Origin: an uncultured Gemmatimonadaceae bacterium
GTDB taxonomy: Bacteria; Gemmatimonadota; Gemmatimonadetes; Gemmatimonadales; Gemmatimonadaceae
Assembly: GCA_963740355.1 (NCBI GenBank)
Contig: CAVUDW010000002.1
Coordinates: 1 to 64,000 of the forward strand
Length of the DNA: 64,000 nucleotides
Direction: 5' to 3'
Positions 46,823 through 57,429 of this stretch are shown here, in pieces. The translations under genes were made by a program, and so were the position numbers. Positions within the stretch are counted from its first letter, which is position 1; each line of letters opens with the position of its first letter. Below the pieces are notes generated by a model. The model was given only the letters and a program-made list of their open reading frames with translations, did no database searches and was not told the DNA's origin.

Positions 46823-47619
46823 TGATGCGGTGGCAGAGATCTGATCGTGCGTGGCGGCTGGTCGTGGCGCTGGCGGCGATGGTGCTCGTCGGCCGCAGCG
46901 CCTCGGGTCAGGCGCCGTCGACGGTCTGGGAGCGGTCGCTCGAACTGTCCGGGAACTACCTCTACGGCAACAACGATCAGGCGATTCTCTCCGCACGGAC
47001 GGGCGTCGTGCGGAACGACAGTTCGGTGGCGCTGCGACTCGACACCCGATTCCTGATCGGCGTCACCGACCGTGAGGGCCAAGGCAAGGTCATGGACCGT
47101 CGCTCCTGGGTGGTGGCCGGCAGCGTCGACTTCCGCCAGTACGCGCCGCAAAGCCAGTTCTTCTTCGGCAGCGTGGAACGGAGCCTCGAGCTTCGCATCG
47201 ACCGGCGATTGAGCGGCGGCATCGGCCAGAAAGTCAGCATCGTCCGCGACTCGACCACGCGCTTCGACTTCAGCCTTGGCATCCTCGGTGAGCAGAGCCT
47301 GCTGCCTCAGGCCACGCCGGTCGGTTCGCCGGCGCAGCCGTCACTGTCGAATTCGCTGGTTCGACTCTCCGGCCGCCTTCGCTACCGCAAGAGTTTCACG
47401 GCTCGCGTCGGTGTCGATCACACGACCTGGTATCGCCCGGATGTCGCGGCTTTCAATCGCTACCTCGCGTCGTCAGTCTCCGCACTGTCGTACTCGATGA
47501 CCAAACGATCCCATCTGCAGCTGTCGTTTCAGAACGACTTCGACAGCCTGGCCCGCAGTCGCGGCAGCCGTTCGAACCAGAACGGCCAGATTCTGGTCGG
47601 TGCCTCAACCAAGTTCTGA
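46822..47619 (+). CDS. DUF481-like outer-membrane beta-barrel protein
   Basis: Signal peptide, GN motif, beta-strand pattern, terminal F. Confidence 0.7.
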   Translation: MMRWQRSDRAWRLVVALAAMVLVGRSASGQAPSTVWERSLELSGNYLYGNNDQAILSARTGVVRNDSSVALRLDTRFLIGVTDREGQGKVMDRRSWVVAGSVDFRQYAPQSQFFFGSVERSLELRIDRRLSGGIGQKVSIVRDSTTRFDFSLGILGEQSLLPQATPVGSPAQPSLSNSLVRLSGRLRYRKSFTARVGVDHTTWYRPDVAAFNRYLASSVSALSYSMTKRSHLQLSFQNDFDSLARSRGSRSNQNGQILVGASTKF

Positions 47620-47682
47620 GGTGTGAGCGTGTCGTTGGTGTCGCGTCACAATAGCGACATCAACAATGCCCCATCGGCAATT

Positions 47683-47715
47683 GAAAGGCGGCCCGGAGTC
47701 TCAGGGTCGCCTTTC
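47683..47715. terminator. Hairpin between convergent genes
   Basis: GAAAGGCGGCCC/GGGTCGCCTTTC stem. Confidence 0.55.
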
Positions 47716-48189
47716 GTCTTCCGGCTTACCCCGCCCGCCCTTCTTCAGCGCCTTGGCGAGTGCGCCGAAGTCGGTCGTCCCGGTCTCGAAGAATTTGCGC
47801 TCCGTCGCGTCGGCCAACCGCATCGCCCGGTCGGCGAGGGCACCGCCAGCCTCCGTGACCGTGATCGCCTTTGCGCGCCGGTCGGTCGGATGTGGAGCGC
47901 GGGTCAGCAGCCCGCGCGCTTCGAGCGTGCGCAAGACTTCTGACGTCATCACGGCGTCGGCGTTGGCGAGGGCAGAGATGTCCGACTGCCGCACGGCGGT
48001 GGACCGGGTGTTGAGCCAGGCCGTGGTTACGAGCAGCCTGAACTGTGCATGCGTCAGGTCGAGTGGCGCGAGCGCCGCCCGGAGCTGGACCTGCCACTCG
48101 GTCGCGACGCGCTCGAGCAGGGCGCCATGGCCGTCGTGTGGTGGCTGCACACGGGCGGCGAGCAGGGGGGCGTAGGAGTTGGTTGGCAT
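47701..48189 (-). CDS. MarR family regulator
   Basis: LTHAQF.LL, LRTLEARGLL.R..HPTDRRAK...TEAG. Confidence 0.9.
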   Translation of the reverse strand: MPTNSYAPLLAARVQPPHDGHGALLERVATEWQVQLRAALAPLDLTHAQFRLLVTTAWLNTRSTAVRQSDISALANADAVMTSEVLRTLEARGLLTRAPHPTDRRAKAITVTEAGGALADRAMRLADATERKFFETGTTDFGALAKALKKGGRGKPEDERRP

Positions 48190-48475
48190 CGACCCGCAGG
48201 CTCCTGGCGCAGCGAGGATTCTCCAGCGACCGGCAACAGACCTGCAGTTCCAGAAGAGCGTTAATACGTTCGCGTATCAATTCACCCAAAACTGCTAAGT
48301 CGCTGAAGATTCAACAACTTCAACAGCTGAACTTCCCAACCATTCTACTACGTACACGAATTAAAGTAGTTCGTATGCTCTTCAAATGCGCGAGGAGACA
48401 CTGCGCGCAGACGCCGGCGCCTTCCCCTGATTCGTCAGACCAAGGCGCGGCGAGGGAGGGCAGCGGACGAGTCCG

Positions 48476-49447
48476 TCAGAACTGCCCGATGAAACCGATC
48501 TCCGGCTCCAACCGATGCCCGAACTTCTCGAACACCGCCGCCTGCGCATGGGCGATCAGGGCGCGGACATCGGCGGCCGTCGCATGCCCAAGGTTCACCA
48601 TGATGTTCGCGTGCATGTGTGAGATCTGGGCGTCGCCCATCCGGAAGCCTTTCAGGCCGCACTGATCGACGAGGCGCCCGGCGCCGATCCCTTCCAGCTT
48701 CTTGAAGATCGATCCCGCGCTTGGGTGATGCTCGAGCCAGGGATGACGCGCCCCACGCCAGCTCAGGTTCTCCTGCAGGATGCGGTGCATGTCGCCGGTG
48801 TCACCCTTGATGAGGCGAAAGGTCACGTCCAGCACCACGTCCCGCGTGTGGTGAAAGACCGTATCGTCGTAGCCGAAGCCGACGTACGCCGCGTCGACCG
48901 TGGTGCGCTCGCCGGTCTCCCGGCGAATCCGACAGGCGTCGAAGACCTCGGCGATGAACATCGTGCGTTCGCGTTCCGGCGCCGGCGAGAGGAAGTGCAG
49001 GTTCTGCCAGATCGCACCACCGACGGTGCTCGGGATGCCGACGTAGTGCTCCAATCCTGACCAACCCGCGGCGACCGCCTCCCGGATCAGGTCCGCCATC
49101 ACCGTTCCGCTTTCGGCCACGCAGCGGCCATCCTCGTGCCAGACCACGTGGCGCGCGCGATTCCGGATCACCAGCCCTCGAAAGCCGCCGTCACCCACGA
49201 GGATGTTGGCGCCCAGGCCCAGTACGAACCAATCCACCCCGGCCGCCTCTGCGCTGTCGATGGCCTCTGCCAGATCGTCGCCCGTCTCGGCATCGTACAG
49301 GAGGTCTGCCGGACCCCCGATTCGAAATGTGGTGTACGGCGCGAGCGGGGCTCCGCGGTGCAGTCGGGCTGGGACGAGGCGGCTGGCTACCGCGTCGAGT
49401 GACTCGGCGGGCACTGGAATGGTGCCGCGGTTGGTTACAGTCGTCAT
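48476..49447 (-). CDS. murB: UDP-N-acetylmuramate dehydrogenase
   Basis: TTFRIGGPA, GLE..GIPSTVGGA, PSAGSIFK, S..HAN..VN, LEPEI. Confidence 0.93.
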   Translation of the reverse strand: MTTVTNRGTIPVPAESLDAVASRLVPARLHRGAPLAPYTTFRIGGPADLLYDAETGDDLAEAIDSAEAAGVDWFVLGLGANILVGDGGFRGLVIRNRARHVVWHEDGRCVAESGTVMADLIREAVAAGWSGLEHYVGIPSTVGGAIWQNLHFLSPAPERERTMFIAEVFDACRIRRETGERTTVDAAYVGFGYDDTVFHHTRDVVLDVTFRLIKGDTGDMHRILQENLSWRGARHPWLEHHPSAGSIFKKLEGIGAGRLVDQCGLKGFRMGDAQISHMHANIMVNLGHATAADVRALIAHAQAAVFEKFGHRLEPEIGFIGQF

Positions 49448-49547
49448 TGCTCCAAACAACACCTCCCCCGCCACAGGTGCCAGTTCCCGGCACCCGCGGT
49501 GCTTGTCCTCTTCCCGACGTTCCGTGTCCAGAATCCGTTCTCGATCG

Positions 49548-50948
49548 TTGAACTCTCTCCGCATCGTGGCGCCGCTCTGTGTGGCGATGCTCACGCTCGC
49601 CTCGTCCCTCGCCGCACAACGCGCGGAACTGGAGCGCGTGATCAAGCGAGCCGTGCTCCGGAACGGCCTCGAGGTGATCGCCGTGGAGAATCACGGCATT
49701 CCGATCGCCACGGTCGAATTGAATGCGAAGAACGGTGCCTTCACGCAGCGGCCCGAGTACGAAGGACTGGCACACATGTACGAGCACATGTTCTTCAAGG
49801 CCAGCAAGGCATACCCGAATGCCGAGGCATTCGGGCAGCGCTCGGCGGAACTCGGTGCGCGCTACAACGGCACGACGCAGGAAGAGCGTGTGAACTACTT
49901 CCTCAGCCTGCCCTCTGACAGCGTGCGCGGTGGTATCGCGCTGCTGGCCGATGCCGTGCGCGGACCGCTCTTCCTGCCGACCGAACTGGCGCAGGAAAAG
50001 CAGGTGGTGCTGGGCGAGTACGATCGCAACGAAGCCTCACCCGGATTCGAGATCACGCAGCGACTGAGTGCGGCGCTCTATCCCGGCAACGAAAGCCGAA
50101 AGAACACCATCGGCAACCGTGAGATCCTGAGCACGGTGACGCCGGAGAAGATGCGTTTCATCCAGAGCCGGTACTACGTGCCGAACAACATGGCGCTGAT
50201 CGTGACTGGCGACATCAACCCTGCGCAGATCTTCGCACTGGCTGACTCCCTGCTCGGTGATTGGCCGCGCGGCGCCGATCCATTCCAGGTCGATCCGATT
50301 CCGCCGATCCCTGCTCTCACCAAGTCATCGGCCTTGATCAGCGAAGCCGAAGTCGGTGCGGTCACGGTGCTGATTCAGTGGCAGGGTCCAAGTGTTCGCC
50401 GCGACCGTGCAAGCACGTATGCGGCCGACGTGTTCTCTGACGCGCTGAATACGAAGGGCTCACGCTTTCAGCGACTGCTCACCGATAGCGGCCTGTGGAC
50501 GGCGGTGGGCGTGAACTACTACACACTCGACCAGACCGGCCCGATCACCATCAGCGGTCAGACGACCCCCGAGCGCCTGAAGGATGCCCTGGCGGCGTTG
50601 TGGCGCGAGATCGACAAGCTGGACGACCCGGGCTACTTCACCGTGAGTGAACTGGAAGCGGTGAAGGCACAGCGCGGTACCGACAACCAGTTCGGCATCG
50701 AGAAGACCTCCGAACTGACGCATACCATCGGCTTCTGGTGGGCGGTGGCAGATCTCGACTACTTCATGGGCTACGTGGACAACATGGCACGACAGACACC
50801 GGCAGACCTGCAGCGCTACGCCGCGAAGTTCATCGTTGGCAAGCCGAGTGTGACAGGTGTGCTGATCAGCGCCCAGGATCGCGCGCGATTGAAGCTGACC
50901 GAGAGCGATCTCGTTGGCCCGGTGAAGGCGCCGAGAGTGACACCGTGA
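49548..50948 (+). CDS. Exported M16 peptidase, catalytic subunit
   Basis: Signal peptide, LRNGL, HMYEH motif; start uncertain (49524 or 49548). Confidence 0.88.
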   Translation: MNSLRIVAPLCVAMLTLASSLAAQRAELERVIKRAVLRNGLEVIAVENHGIPIATVELNAKNGAFTQRPEYEGLAHMYEHMFFKASKAYPNAEAFGQRSAELGARYNGTTQEERVNYFLSLPSDSVRGGIALLADAVRGPLFLPTELAQEKQVVLGEYDRNEASPGFEITQRLSAALYPGNESRKNTIGNREILSTVTPEKMRFIQSRYYVPNNMALIVTGDINPAQIFALADSLLGDWPRGADPFQVDPIPPIPALTKSSALISEAEVGAVTVLIQWQGPSVRRDRASTYAADVFSDALNTKGSRFQRLLTDSGLWTAVGVNYYTLDQTGPITISGQTTPERLKDALAALWREIDKLDDPGYFTVSELEAVKAQRGTDNQFGIEKTSELTHTIGFWWAVADLDYFMGYVDNMARQTPADLQRYAAKFIVGKPSVTGVLISAQDRARLKLTESDLVGPVKAPRVTP

Positions 50949-52267
50949 AGCGCCTGATCGGATGGGGCGCAGCTGCGCTGATCGCTGCGGCAATTCTTCC
51001 CGTCGACGCAGGCGCACAGCAGCGCGCGGCCGATTCTGCGACCACGGCGTTCGAGGTGAACGGCCTGCGGGTGATTCACCGTCGTGTGACCGCCAACGAA
51101 GTGGTGGCGGCGAACCTCTACCTGCTTGGCGGTGTGTCGCAGGTACCGGCGGCGAAGGCTGGCTTGGAGCTGCTGCTGCTGGAAGCGTCGGAGCGCGGCA
51201 CGAAGAAGTACCCGCGCGAGATTCTCGAGCGGAAGATGGCGCGCCTCGGGAGCGCGATCGTGGCGGCGCCGTCGATCGACTGGACGATGGTTGGTGTGCG
51301 CAGCACGGTGACCGCCTTCGATTCGACCTTTGCGATCTTTGCCGATCGCATCATGCAGCCGCGCCTCGATTCTGGTGAGGTCGAGACGGTGCGTACCACG
51401 ATCATCAGTGGTGTGCGGCAGCGTGGCGACGATCCGGAAGCGCTGCTCAATTCCTTCTCCGACAGCGTGGCGTTCGCCGGCCACCCGTACGGCACATCGC
51501 CAGTGGGCAGCGAAGCGACGTTGCGCGCCCTGACGGTGGCCGACCTGCGCGCCTGGCAGAAGACGCAGATGGTGACGTCACGCATGTTGCTGGTGGTGGT
51601 GGGCGACATCCCACGCGCCAAGCTTGAAGCGATGGTGCGCGCGACACTCGGCACGTTACCGCGCGGTGAGTACAAGTGGGCGCCACCGCTGGTCCCGGCG
51701 GCGCGTACCAGTTCACTGCATGTGATCGCGCGACAGTTGCCGACGAACTACTTGCAGGGCTACTGGGTTGGTCCGCGCGCCGATAGCCGCGACTACCAGC
51801 CGATGCGTGTCGCGATGGCGGCGCTTGGCGGACGCCTGTTCACGGAAATCCGCGTCAAGCGAAACCTGACCTATGCCGTGAATGCGCCGTTCGTGGATCG
51901 GGCGGTGACGGCGGCCGGATTGTACGTCACGACGACCACTCCCGATTCAGTGCTCGGCATCATGCGTCGAGAACTTGAGTCGATGAAGCGAGGGTTGATC
52001 GATCCGGATGGCCTGCGCCTGCTGGTGCAGCAGTTCATCACCGAGTTTTTCCTCGACAACGAAACGAACTCGGACCAGGCCACCTTCCTCGCCCGGTCCG
52101 AGCTCTACCGTGGTGATTGGCGTCTCGCGGCTCGGTTCGTGGACGAGTTGCGGAAGGTCACCCCGGAAGACATTCAGCGAGTGTCGCGGCAGTACCTGAC
52201 CGGAATCACGATGGCGTACATCGGCGATCCGCGGAAAATCTCAGCCTCCCGAATCACGCCATTCTGA
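50945..52267 (+). CDS. Exported M16 peptidase, non-catalytic subunit
   Basis: Signal peptide, VNGLRV, HPYG, RLF.EIR.KRNLTY; no HxxEH; GTGA overlap. Confidence 0.85.
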   Translation: MKRLIGWGAAALIAAAILPVDAGAQQRAADSATTAFEVNGLRVIHRRVTANEVVAANLYLLGGVSQVPAAKAGLELLLLEASERGTKKYPREILERKMARLGSAIVAAPSIDWTMVGVRSTVTAFDSTFAIFADRIMQPRLDSGEVETVRTTIISGVRQRGDDPEALLNSFSDSVAFAGHPYGTSPVGSEATLRALTVADLRAWQKTQMVTSRMLLVVVGDIPRAKLEAMVRATLGTLPRGEYKWAPPLVPAARTSSLHVIARQLPTNYLQGYWVGPRADSRDYQPMRVAMAALGGRLFTEIRVKRNLTYAVNAPFVDRAVTAAGLYVTTTTPDSVLGIMRRELESMKRGLIDPDGLRLLVQQFITEFFLDNETNSDQATFLARSELYRGDWRLAARFVDELRKVTPEDIQRVSRQYLTGITMAYIGDPRKISASRITPF

Positions 52268-52284
52268 GGCTGGGCGCGGAAGCG

Positions 52285-52337
52285 GGCGAAAAAAATGCCG
52301 TCGGCGCCGAGAACCGGTGCCGACGGCATTTTTCGCC
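52285..52337. terminator. Bidirectional terminator
   Basis: AAAAATGCCGTCGGCGCCG/CGGTGCCGACGGCATTTTT between convergent operons. Confidence 0.85.
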
Positions 52338-52346
52338 ACTGGGTCT

Positions 52347-52967
52347 TCAGCCGGCGGCGCGCCGCGAGAGTTCTTCGCGCACATCGCTCAGTCGAATGCC
52401 GAGTGCGTGCAGGGCGACCATGGTGTGATAGAGAAGGTCGGCCGCTTCGCTGGTTGCGCGCTCGGGGTCCTGATCGGCGCAGGCGAGCACCAGTTCCGCC
52501 GCTTCCTCGCCGATCTTCTTCAATCGCAGGTTGCGGTCGTCGAGGAGCTTGCGTGTGTAGCTCGGCTTGACGCTGGCCGTGACCTCCATCGCAGCGCGCG
52601 ATTCGATGGTGGTATCGAGCACGGCGAAGGCGTCGGCGGGGGGCGGCGTGACGCCTGGGGTCGTGAAACAGGTGATCGCGCCGGTGTGACAGGCTGGCCC
52701 GGCCGGAATCACCCGTGCGAGGATCGCGTCGCCATCACAGTCGGCGGTCAGTGACGCGACCTTCTGCGTGTTGCCACTGGTGCCGCCCTTGTGCCAGAGG
52801 CCGCGCGACCGGGAGTGATAGTGCATCTCGCCGGTGCGAATCGTCGCCTCGAGGGCTTCGCGGTCAGCGAAGGCCACCATCAGCACATCACCGGTGGTGG
52901 CGTCCTGTGCAACGACGGAGACGAGGCCGCCGCCCTTGGTGAAGTCGAGCAGGTCGAGATCAAGCAT
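52347..52967 (-). CDS. hisIE: Bifunctional PR-AMP cyclohydrolase / PR-ATP pyrophosphatase
   Basis: [45 protein letters not shown]. Confidence 0.95.
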   Translation of the reverse strand: MLDLDLLDFTKGGGLVSVVAQDATTGDVLMVAFADREALEATIRTGEMHYHSRSRGLWHKGGTSGNTQKVASLTADCDGDAILARVIPAGPACHTGAITCFTTPGVTPPPADAFAVLDTTIESRAAMEVTASVKPSYTRKLLDDRNLRLKKIGEEAAELVLACADQDPERATSEAADLLYHTMVALHALGIRLSDVREELSRRAAG

Positions 52968-53745
52968 CGAGACCAGGGTCCCCACCCGGGCAGAGGATAT
53001 CGCGCACGACGGTGTCGAGTGCGGCGTTGGTGGCGATGCTGTCACCGCCGAAAGCAGTTGGGCGGCCACGGAAGTCGGTGAAACGTCCGCCGGCTTCCTC
53101 GATCACCACCTGCACCGCAGCGGCGTCCCATGGGTTCATGAGATCATCGACCATGATGTCGGCGCGGCCGGTCGCGAGGAGCAGGTACCCATAGCAGTCA
53201 CCCCAGGTGCGGACGATGCGTGACGCATCCGCGAGCGCATTCCAGCGCGACCGACGCGTTGGCCGGCCCGGGAACCGATCATCGGTGGTGAGCAGCGTTG
53301 CCTTGTCGAGCGTGGAGGTCGACGAGACGTGCGTGCGCGTGCCGTTGAACCAGGCGCCCTGCCCTGGCGCGGCCGCTACCAGCTCCTGCGTGGGCGGCGC
53401 GTAGACGGCGCCAGCCAGCACCGTCTCCCCTTCCACTACGGCCACCAGCGTGCCCCAGAGCGGCACGCCGTGGATGAAGCTCTTGGTGCCGTCGATTGGG
53501 TCGAGCACCCAGCGTCGTTTCGCATCGGGCTTCTCCAGCCCGAACTCTTCGCCAAGGATGCCATCGTCGGGGAAGCGGGCGCGAATCCAGTCGCGCGCCA
53601 CGGTCTCGGCGGCGCGATCAGCGGCCGTGACCGGGGAGCCGTCACCCTTGTACTCGACCGCGATGCCATTGCGGAAGAAACGATTCGCTTCGTTGCCCGC
53701 GAGCGTCGCCAGTTCCGTCACGGCATGCAACAGCGTGGCGGTCAT
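52960..53745 (-). CDS. hisN: Histidinol-phosphatase, inositol monophosphatase family
   Basis: [28 protein letters not shown]; located in the his operon. Confidence 0.9.
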   Translation of the reverse strand: MTATLLHAVTELATLAGNEANRFFRNGIAVEYKGDGSPVTAADRAAETVARDWIRARFPDDGILGEEFGLEKPDAKRRWVLDPIDGTKSFIHGVPLWGTLVAVVEGETVLAGAVYAPPTQELVAAAPGQGAWFNGTRTHVSSTSTLDKATLLTTDDRFPGRPTRRSRWNALADASRIVRTWGDCYGYLLLATGRADIMVDDLMNPWDAAAVQVVIEEAGGRFTDFRGRPTAFGGDSIATNAALDTVVRDILCPGGDPGLDA

Positions 53746-54497
53746 CGAACTACCAGTCCAGAGGCGCGCATCGCGTCCTTCAATTCGGTTACGGTGGTCA
53801 GGTTGTCGTGCAGGATGCCAGCGACCAGCGCAGCGTCGGCGTGTCCCTCGGCGAGCACATCGACGATGTGTGCGGCGCTCCCGGCGCCACCGCTGGCAAT
53901 CACCGGTGCGGCGACTTTCGACGACACGGCGCGCATCAACGGCAGGTCATAGCCGGTGCGCCCGCCGTCGCGATCGATGCTGGTGAGCAGCACTTCGCCA
54001 GCGCCACGTTCCACGCACTCCTCCGCCCATGCCACCGCTTCGAGCTCGGTGCGGGTGCGACCGCCGTGGGTCCAGACGCGCCACGATCCATCCTCGTCCT
54101 TCTTCGCATCGATGCTGGCCACCACGCACTGCGCACCGAAGCGGTCGGCGCAGGCGGTGAGCACCGTGGGATCGGCGACCATCGCGGAGTTGAGGGAGAC
54201 CTTGTCCGCCCCCGCGCGCAGTGCGCGGCCCACGTCGTCGGCGGTGCGAATGCCGCCGCCGATGGTGAGCGGTATGAAGAGCCGTTCCGCGGTACGCTGC
54301 GCTACGTCGAGCAGATTGGCGCGGTCCTCGGCGCTGGCCGAGATGTCGAGAAAGGTGATCTCGTCGGCACCTTCGGCCTCGTACCGGGTGGCGAGGGCCA
54401 CCGGATCGCCCACATCACGCAGCCCCACGAAGTTCACTCCTTTCACCACCCTGCCTCCTTTCACATCGAGGCAGACGATCAATCGACGGGTCAGCAC
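53742..54497 (-). CDS. hisF: Imidazole glycerol phosphate synthase, cyclase subunit
   Basis: CLDVKGGRVVKG, GDPV, GADKVSLNS, LTSIDRDG, IASGGAG. Confidence 0.96.
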   Translation of the reverse strand: MLTRRLIVCLDVKGGRVVKGVNFVGLRDVGDPVALATRYEAEGADEITFLDISASAEDRANLLDVAQRTAERLFIPLTIGGGIRTADDVGRALRAGADKVSLNSAMVADPTVLTACADRFGAQCVVASIDAKKDEDGSWRVWTHGGRTRTELEAVAWAEECVERGAGEVLLTSIDRDGGRTGYDLPLMRAVSSKVAAPVIASGGAGSAAHIVDVLAEGHADAALVAGILHDNLTTVTELKDAMRASGLVVR

Positions 54498-54504
54498 GCG
54501 CGCT

Positions 54505-55044
54505 TCACTCCGACACCTGCAAGGCGACGCTGCCCTTGGTGCTGAAGACGGCGCCGGATTCGATGAATGCGTCGCGGACGGCCAGTCCCAGCGCCTTGAA
54601 CGCTGCTTCGATGATGTGGTGCTCGTCGGTGCCTCTAATGACGCGCAGGTGCAGCGTGGCCTTCGCATTGTCGGCGAAGGACCGCATCCAGTGCTCCCAG
54701 ATCGCGACCGGCAGCTTGCCGCGGTAATACGGGCGACCGCCGAGGTCGATCGCACACTGTACCAGGGCATCGTCCATCGGGATTGTGCGATCGGCGTAGC
54801 GTGCGGCAGTGGGTGGCAGCGCGGCGGCGATTGCAGCACCGACGCAGATCGCCACATCCTCGATCAGGTGATGCGGCAGGTCACCGCGTGCGTGCACCTC
54901 GAGATCCAGTCCGCTGTACCTGGCGAAGGTGACCAGCATGTGGTCGAGGAACGGTCGTGTGGTATCGACCGTCGCGACACCGGTGCCACGCGTGACGACG
55001 ACGCGGATCTGCGTCTCCTTCGTTTCACGAACGACGGTGCTCAT
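54505..55044 (-). CDS. hisB: Imidazoleglycerol-phosphate dehydratase
   Basis: RETKET, FLDHML, HHLIED, PMDDAL, HHIIEAAFKA, STKG. Confidence 0.95.
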   Translation of the reverse strand: MSTVVRETKETQIRVVVTRGTGVATVDTTRPFLDHMLVTFARYSGLDLEVHARGDLPHHLIEDVAICVGAAIAAALPPTAARYADRTIPMDDALVQCAIDLGGRPYYRGKLPVAIWEHWMRSFADNAKATLHLRVIRGTDEHHIIEAAFKALGLAVRDAFIESGAVFSTKGSVALQVSE

Positions 55045-55754
55045 CCGCGGAACTCCTCAGCGATGGCACGCCCGTCGAGCGCACCGGTGTAGAGGGCCAT
55101 ACCGAGGACGGCCGCGGCGATGCCGCGATCATCGAGAAGGCGGAGATCGGCGTCGGTGGTGATGCCGCCGCTGGCGATGACGGGAAGTGACGTCGATTCT
55201 GCGACCTCTTCCATCAACGCGAGGTCGGCACCCTGCATCAGGCCTTCCTTGTGCACGGCGGTGACGAGCACGCCGGCCAGCGGAAGTTGCGACAGGCGTT
55301 CCATCGCCTCCTCGATGTCGAGGTGCATGGTGCGGGTCCATCCGCGCGTGACGATCTTTCGTTCACGCACGTCGGCGGCGACGATCAGTTGTTCCGGGAA
55401 GTCGTCTGCCATCTCGGCCAGCCACTCCTCGTCTTCGAGGGCCCGGGTGCCCACCACGACGTAAGTCGTGCCGGCGTCGATCAGCCACTGGATCGCATCG
55501 CGATCACGTACGCCGCCGCCGACCTGCACGGTGAGGTCGGTGCGATCGAGCAGCTTCTCGATCACCTTGCGATTGTTGCCGCGGCTGGTGGCGGCGTCGA
55601 GATCCACGATGTGGAGCGCCTGAAATCCTTGTGCTTCCCAATCCAGCGCGACGGCTACGGGATCAGGGAGGCGCACACGTTCGGCGGCGTATTCACCGCC
55701 TACCAATTGCACGCAGGCGCCATCGCGCAGGTCGATGGCCGGTATCACGATCAT
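55041..55754 (-). CDS. hisA: ProFAR isomerase
   Basis: IPAIDL..G.CV.L, LHIVDLDAA, QVGGGVR, IASGG. Confidence 0.95.
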   Translation of the reverse strand: MIVIPAIDLRDGACVQLVGGEYAAERVRLPDPVAVALDWEAQGFQALHIVDLDAATSRGNNRKVIEKLLDRTDLTVQVGGGVRDRDAIQWLIDAGTTYVVVGTRALEDEEWLAEMADDFPEQLIVAADVRERKIVTRGWTRTMHLDIEEAMERLSQLPLAGVLVTAVHKEGLMQGADLALMEEVAESTSLPVIASGGITTDADLRLLDDRGIAAAVLGMALYTGALDGRAIAEEFRG

Positions 55755-56356
55755 GCTTGCACCTCGCGCAGCCAGGCGTGCACGAAACTCACGCCTGCCA
55801 CGCTGCTCTTTTCCGGGTGGAACTGCACGCCAGTGCATCGGCCGACGCGAACCATGGCGGGAAAACGGTCCTGCTCGTGCGTGCTCCATGCCACCACGAC
55901 CGATGGATCAGTCGGGCGGCAGACGAAACTGTTGGCGAAGTATGCGGTGCGAAGCTCAGAAGCGTCGAGCAGCGAATCGCGTTCCGGCCCGATCTCGAGC
56001 TGGTTCCAGCCGATCTGCGGAATCCGTGTCGCGTGCAGCCGGTTCACTTCGCCGGCGATGATGCCAAGCCCGGCACTGCCCCCTTCTGTGCTGGTATCGA
56101 ACAGTACCTGCATGCCGAGGCAGATCCCGAGGGTTGGGAGGCCGCGGCGAATGGCGTGCTGCATGACGCGTCGTCCTTCGTCGCCCAGGGCACTGGTGGC
56201 GGCCGGGAAGGCGCCGACGCCGGGCAGCACGAGGGCATCAGCAGTGATGGCGACTACCGGGTCGGTGTCTACCTGCACCACGACACCCGGACGCTCGAGC
56301 GTCTTGATCAGCGAGTGCAGGTTGCCGGCGCCGTAGTCGAAAATGCTGAGCTTCAC
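55751..56356 (-). CDS. hisH: Imidazole glycerol phosphate synthase, amidotransferase subunit
   Basis: DYGAGNL.S, LPGVGAF, GICLGMQ, QFHPEKS. Confidence 0.95.
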   Translation of the reverse strand: MKLSIFDYGAGNLHSLIKTLERPGVVVQVDTDPVVAITADALVLPGVGAFPAATSALGDEGRRVMQHAIRRGLPTLGICLGMQVLFDTSTEGGSAGLGIIAGEVNRLHATRIPQIGWNQLEIGPERDSLLDASELRTAYFANSFVCRPTDPSVVVAWSTHEQDRFPAMVRVGRCTGVQFHPEKSSVAGVSFVHAWLREVQA

Positions 56357-57429
56357 TTCTTGCCCGCCTTCTTGATCGCGCCAGCGAGTGTCTTGACGCA
56401 CTGCTCGACCATTGGCCAGGGCCCGACCGAGATCCGAAGACAGTCGCCGACTCGCGGCAGGTTGGGGAACGGCCGCACACCGACACCCTTCTCTCGCATC
56501 GCCATGCCCACGGCGACGCAGTTCTTGACCGGCACACACACGAAGTTCGCACTCGACGGGATCGGGTCGAGGTCGAGCTTGAGCAACTCGATCGTGAGGC
56601 GATCGCGATTTTCGATCGCCAGCTGGATGTGCTCCAGCACCCACTGCACATCCTGGCGGAGCGCGGTCACGGCCACACGCTCGGCGAGGCCGCTGACCTT
56701 GTATGGTCCACGCGATTTTTCGACTTCCGCCACCAGTGAGGGATGTCCGATTGCGTAGCCGATGCGCAGGCCGGCGAGGCCAAAGGCCTTCGACATCGTG
56801 CGAATCAGCAGCACGCGATTCGAACGCGCGAGCAGGTCGATGTTCGACACGCCGGCGAACTCCACGTACGCCTCGTCGATCATCAGCAGGCCGGGGGCCT
56901 GGTCGATCAACTTCTCGAGCGTCTTGCGCGCGACGAGCGCGCCGGTGGGGTTGTTGGGCGAGCAGATGTAGATGATCCGCGCGCCGGTGGCGATCAGCGC
57001 GTCGGCATCCACCTCGTGGTCGGGGAGTTCCGTGACCAGCACCGAGCGCAGCACGTTCATCTTCGCGAAGATCGGAACCATCGCAAACGTCGGATCGGTG
57101 GCTGCCACCAGATCGCCCTCGTTGCCGAACGCGCGCATGGCGGAATCGAGGATGTCGTCCGAGCCGCAGCCCGTGACGATCATGTCCGGCGTCACTCCAG
57201 CATGTTCCGCCAGTGCCACCTTCAACTCCGTGCCGTACAGCGTCGGATACCGCGTGATGCTGGCTGCGGCGAAATCGCGAATCGCCTGTGCCGCATGGGG
57301 TGGCACGCCCCAGAGATTCGTGTTGTCGGTGAGGTCCAGCTTCACCGGCGTGCGCTTCGGGTCGTAGAGCGGCACATCGTCGTACGCCGCGCGCGCGATC
57401 GCGAGGCGGTCGGTGGTCGGCGTGGTCAT
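56353..57429 (-). CDS. hisC: Histidinol-phosphate aminotransferase
   Basis: RYP, GSDD, SPNNPTG, DEAY, RTMSKAFGLAGLRIGY. Confidence 0.95.
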   Translation of the reverse strand: MTTPTTDRLAIARAAYDDVPLYDPKRTPVKLDLTDNTNLWGVPPHAAQAIRDFAAASITRYPTLYGTELKVALAEHAGVTPDMIVTGCGSDDILDSAMRAFGNEGDLVAATDPTFAMVPIFAKMNVLRSVLVTELPDHEVDADALIATGARIIYICSPNNPTGALVARKTLEKLIDQAPGLLMIDEAYVEFAGVSNIDLLARSNRVLLIRTMSKAFGLAGLRIGYAIGHPSLVAEVEKSRGPYKVSGLAERVAVTALRQDVQWVLEHIQLAIENRDRLTIELLKLDLDPIPSSANFVCVPVKNCVAVGMAMREKGVGVRPFPNLPRVGDCLRISVGPWPMVEQCVKTLAGAIKKAGKK

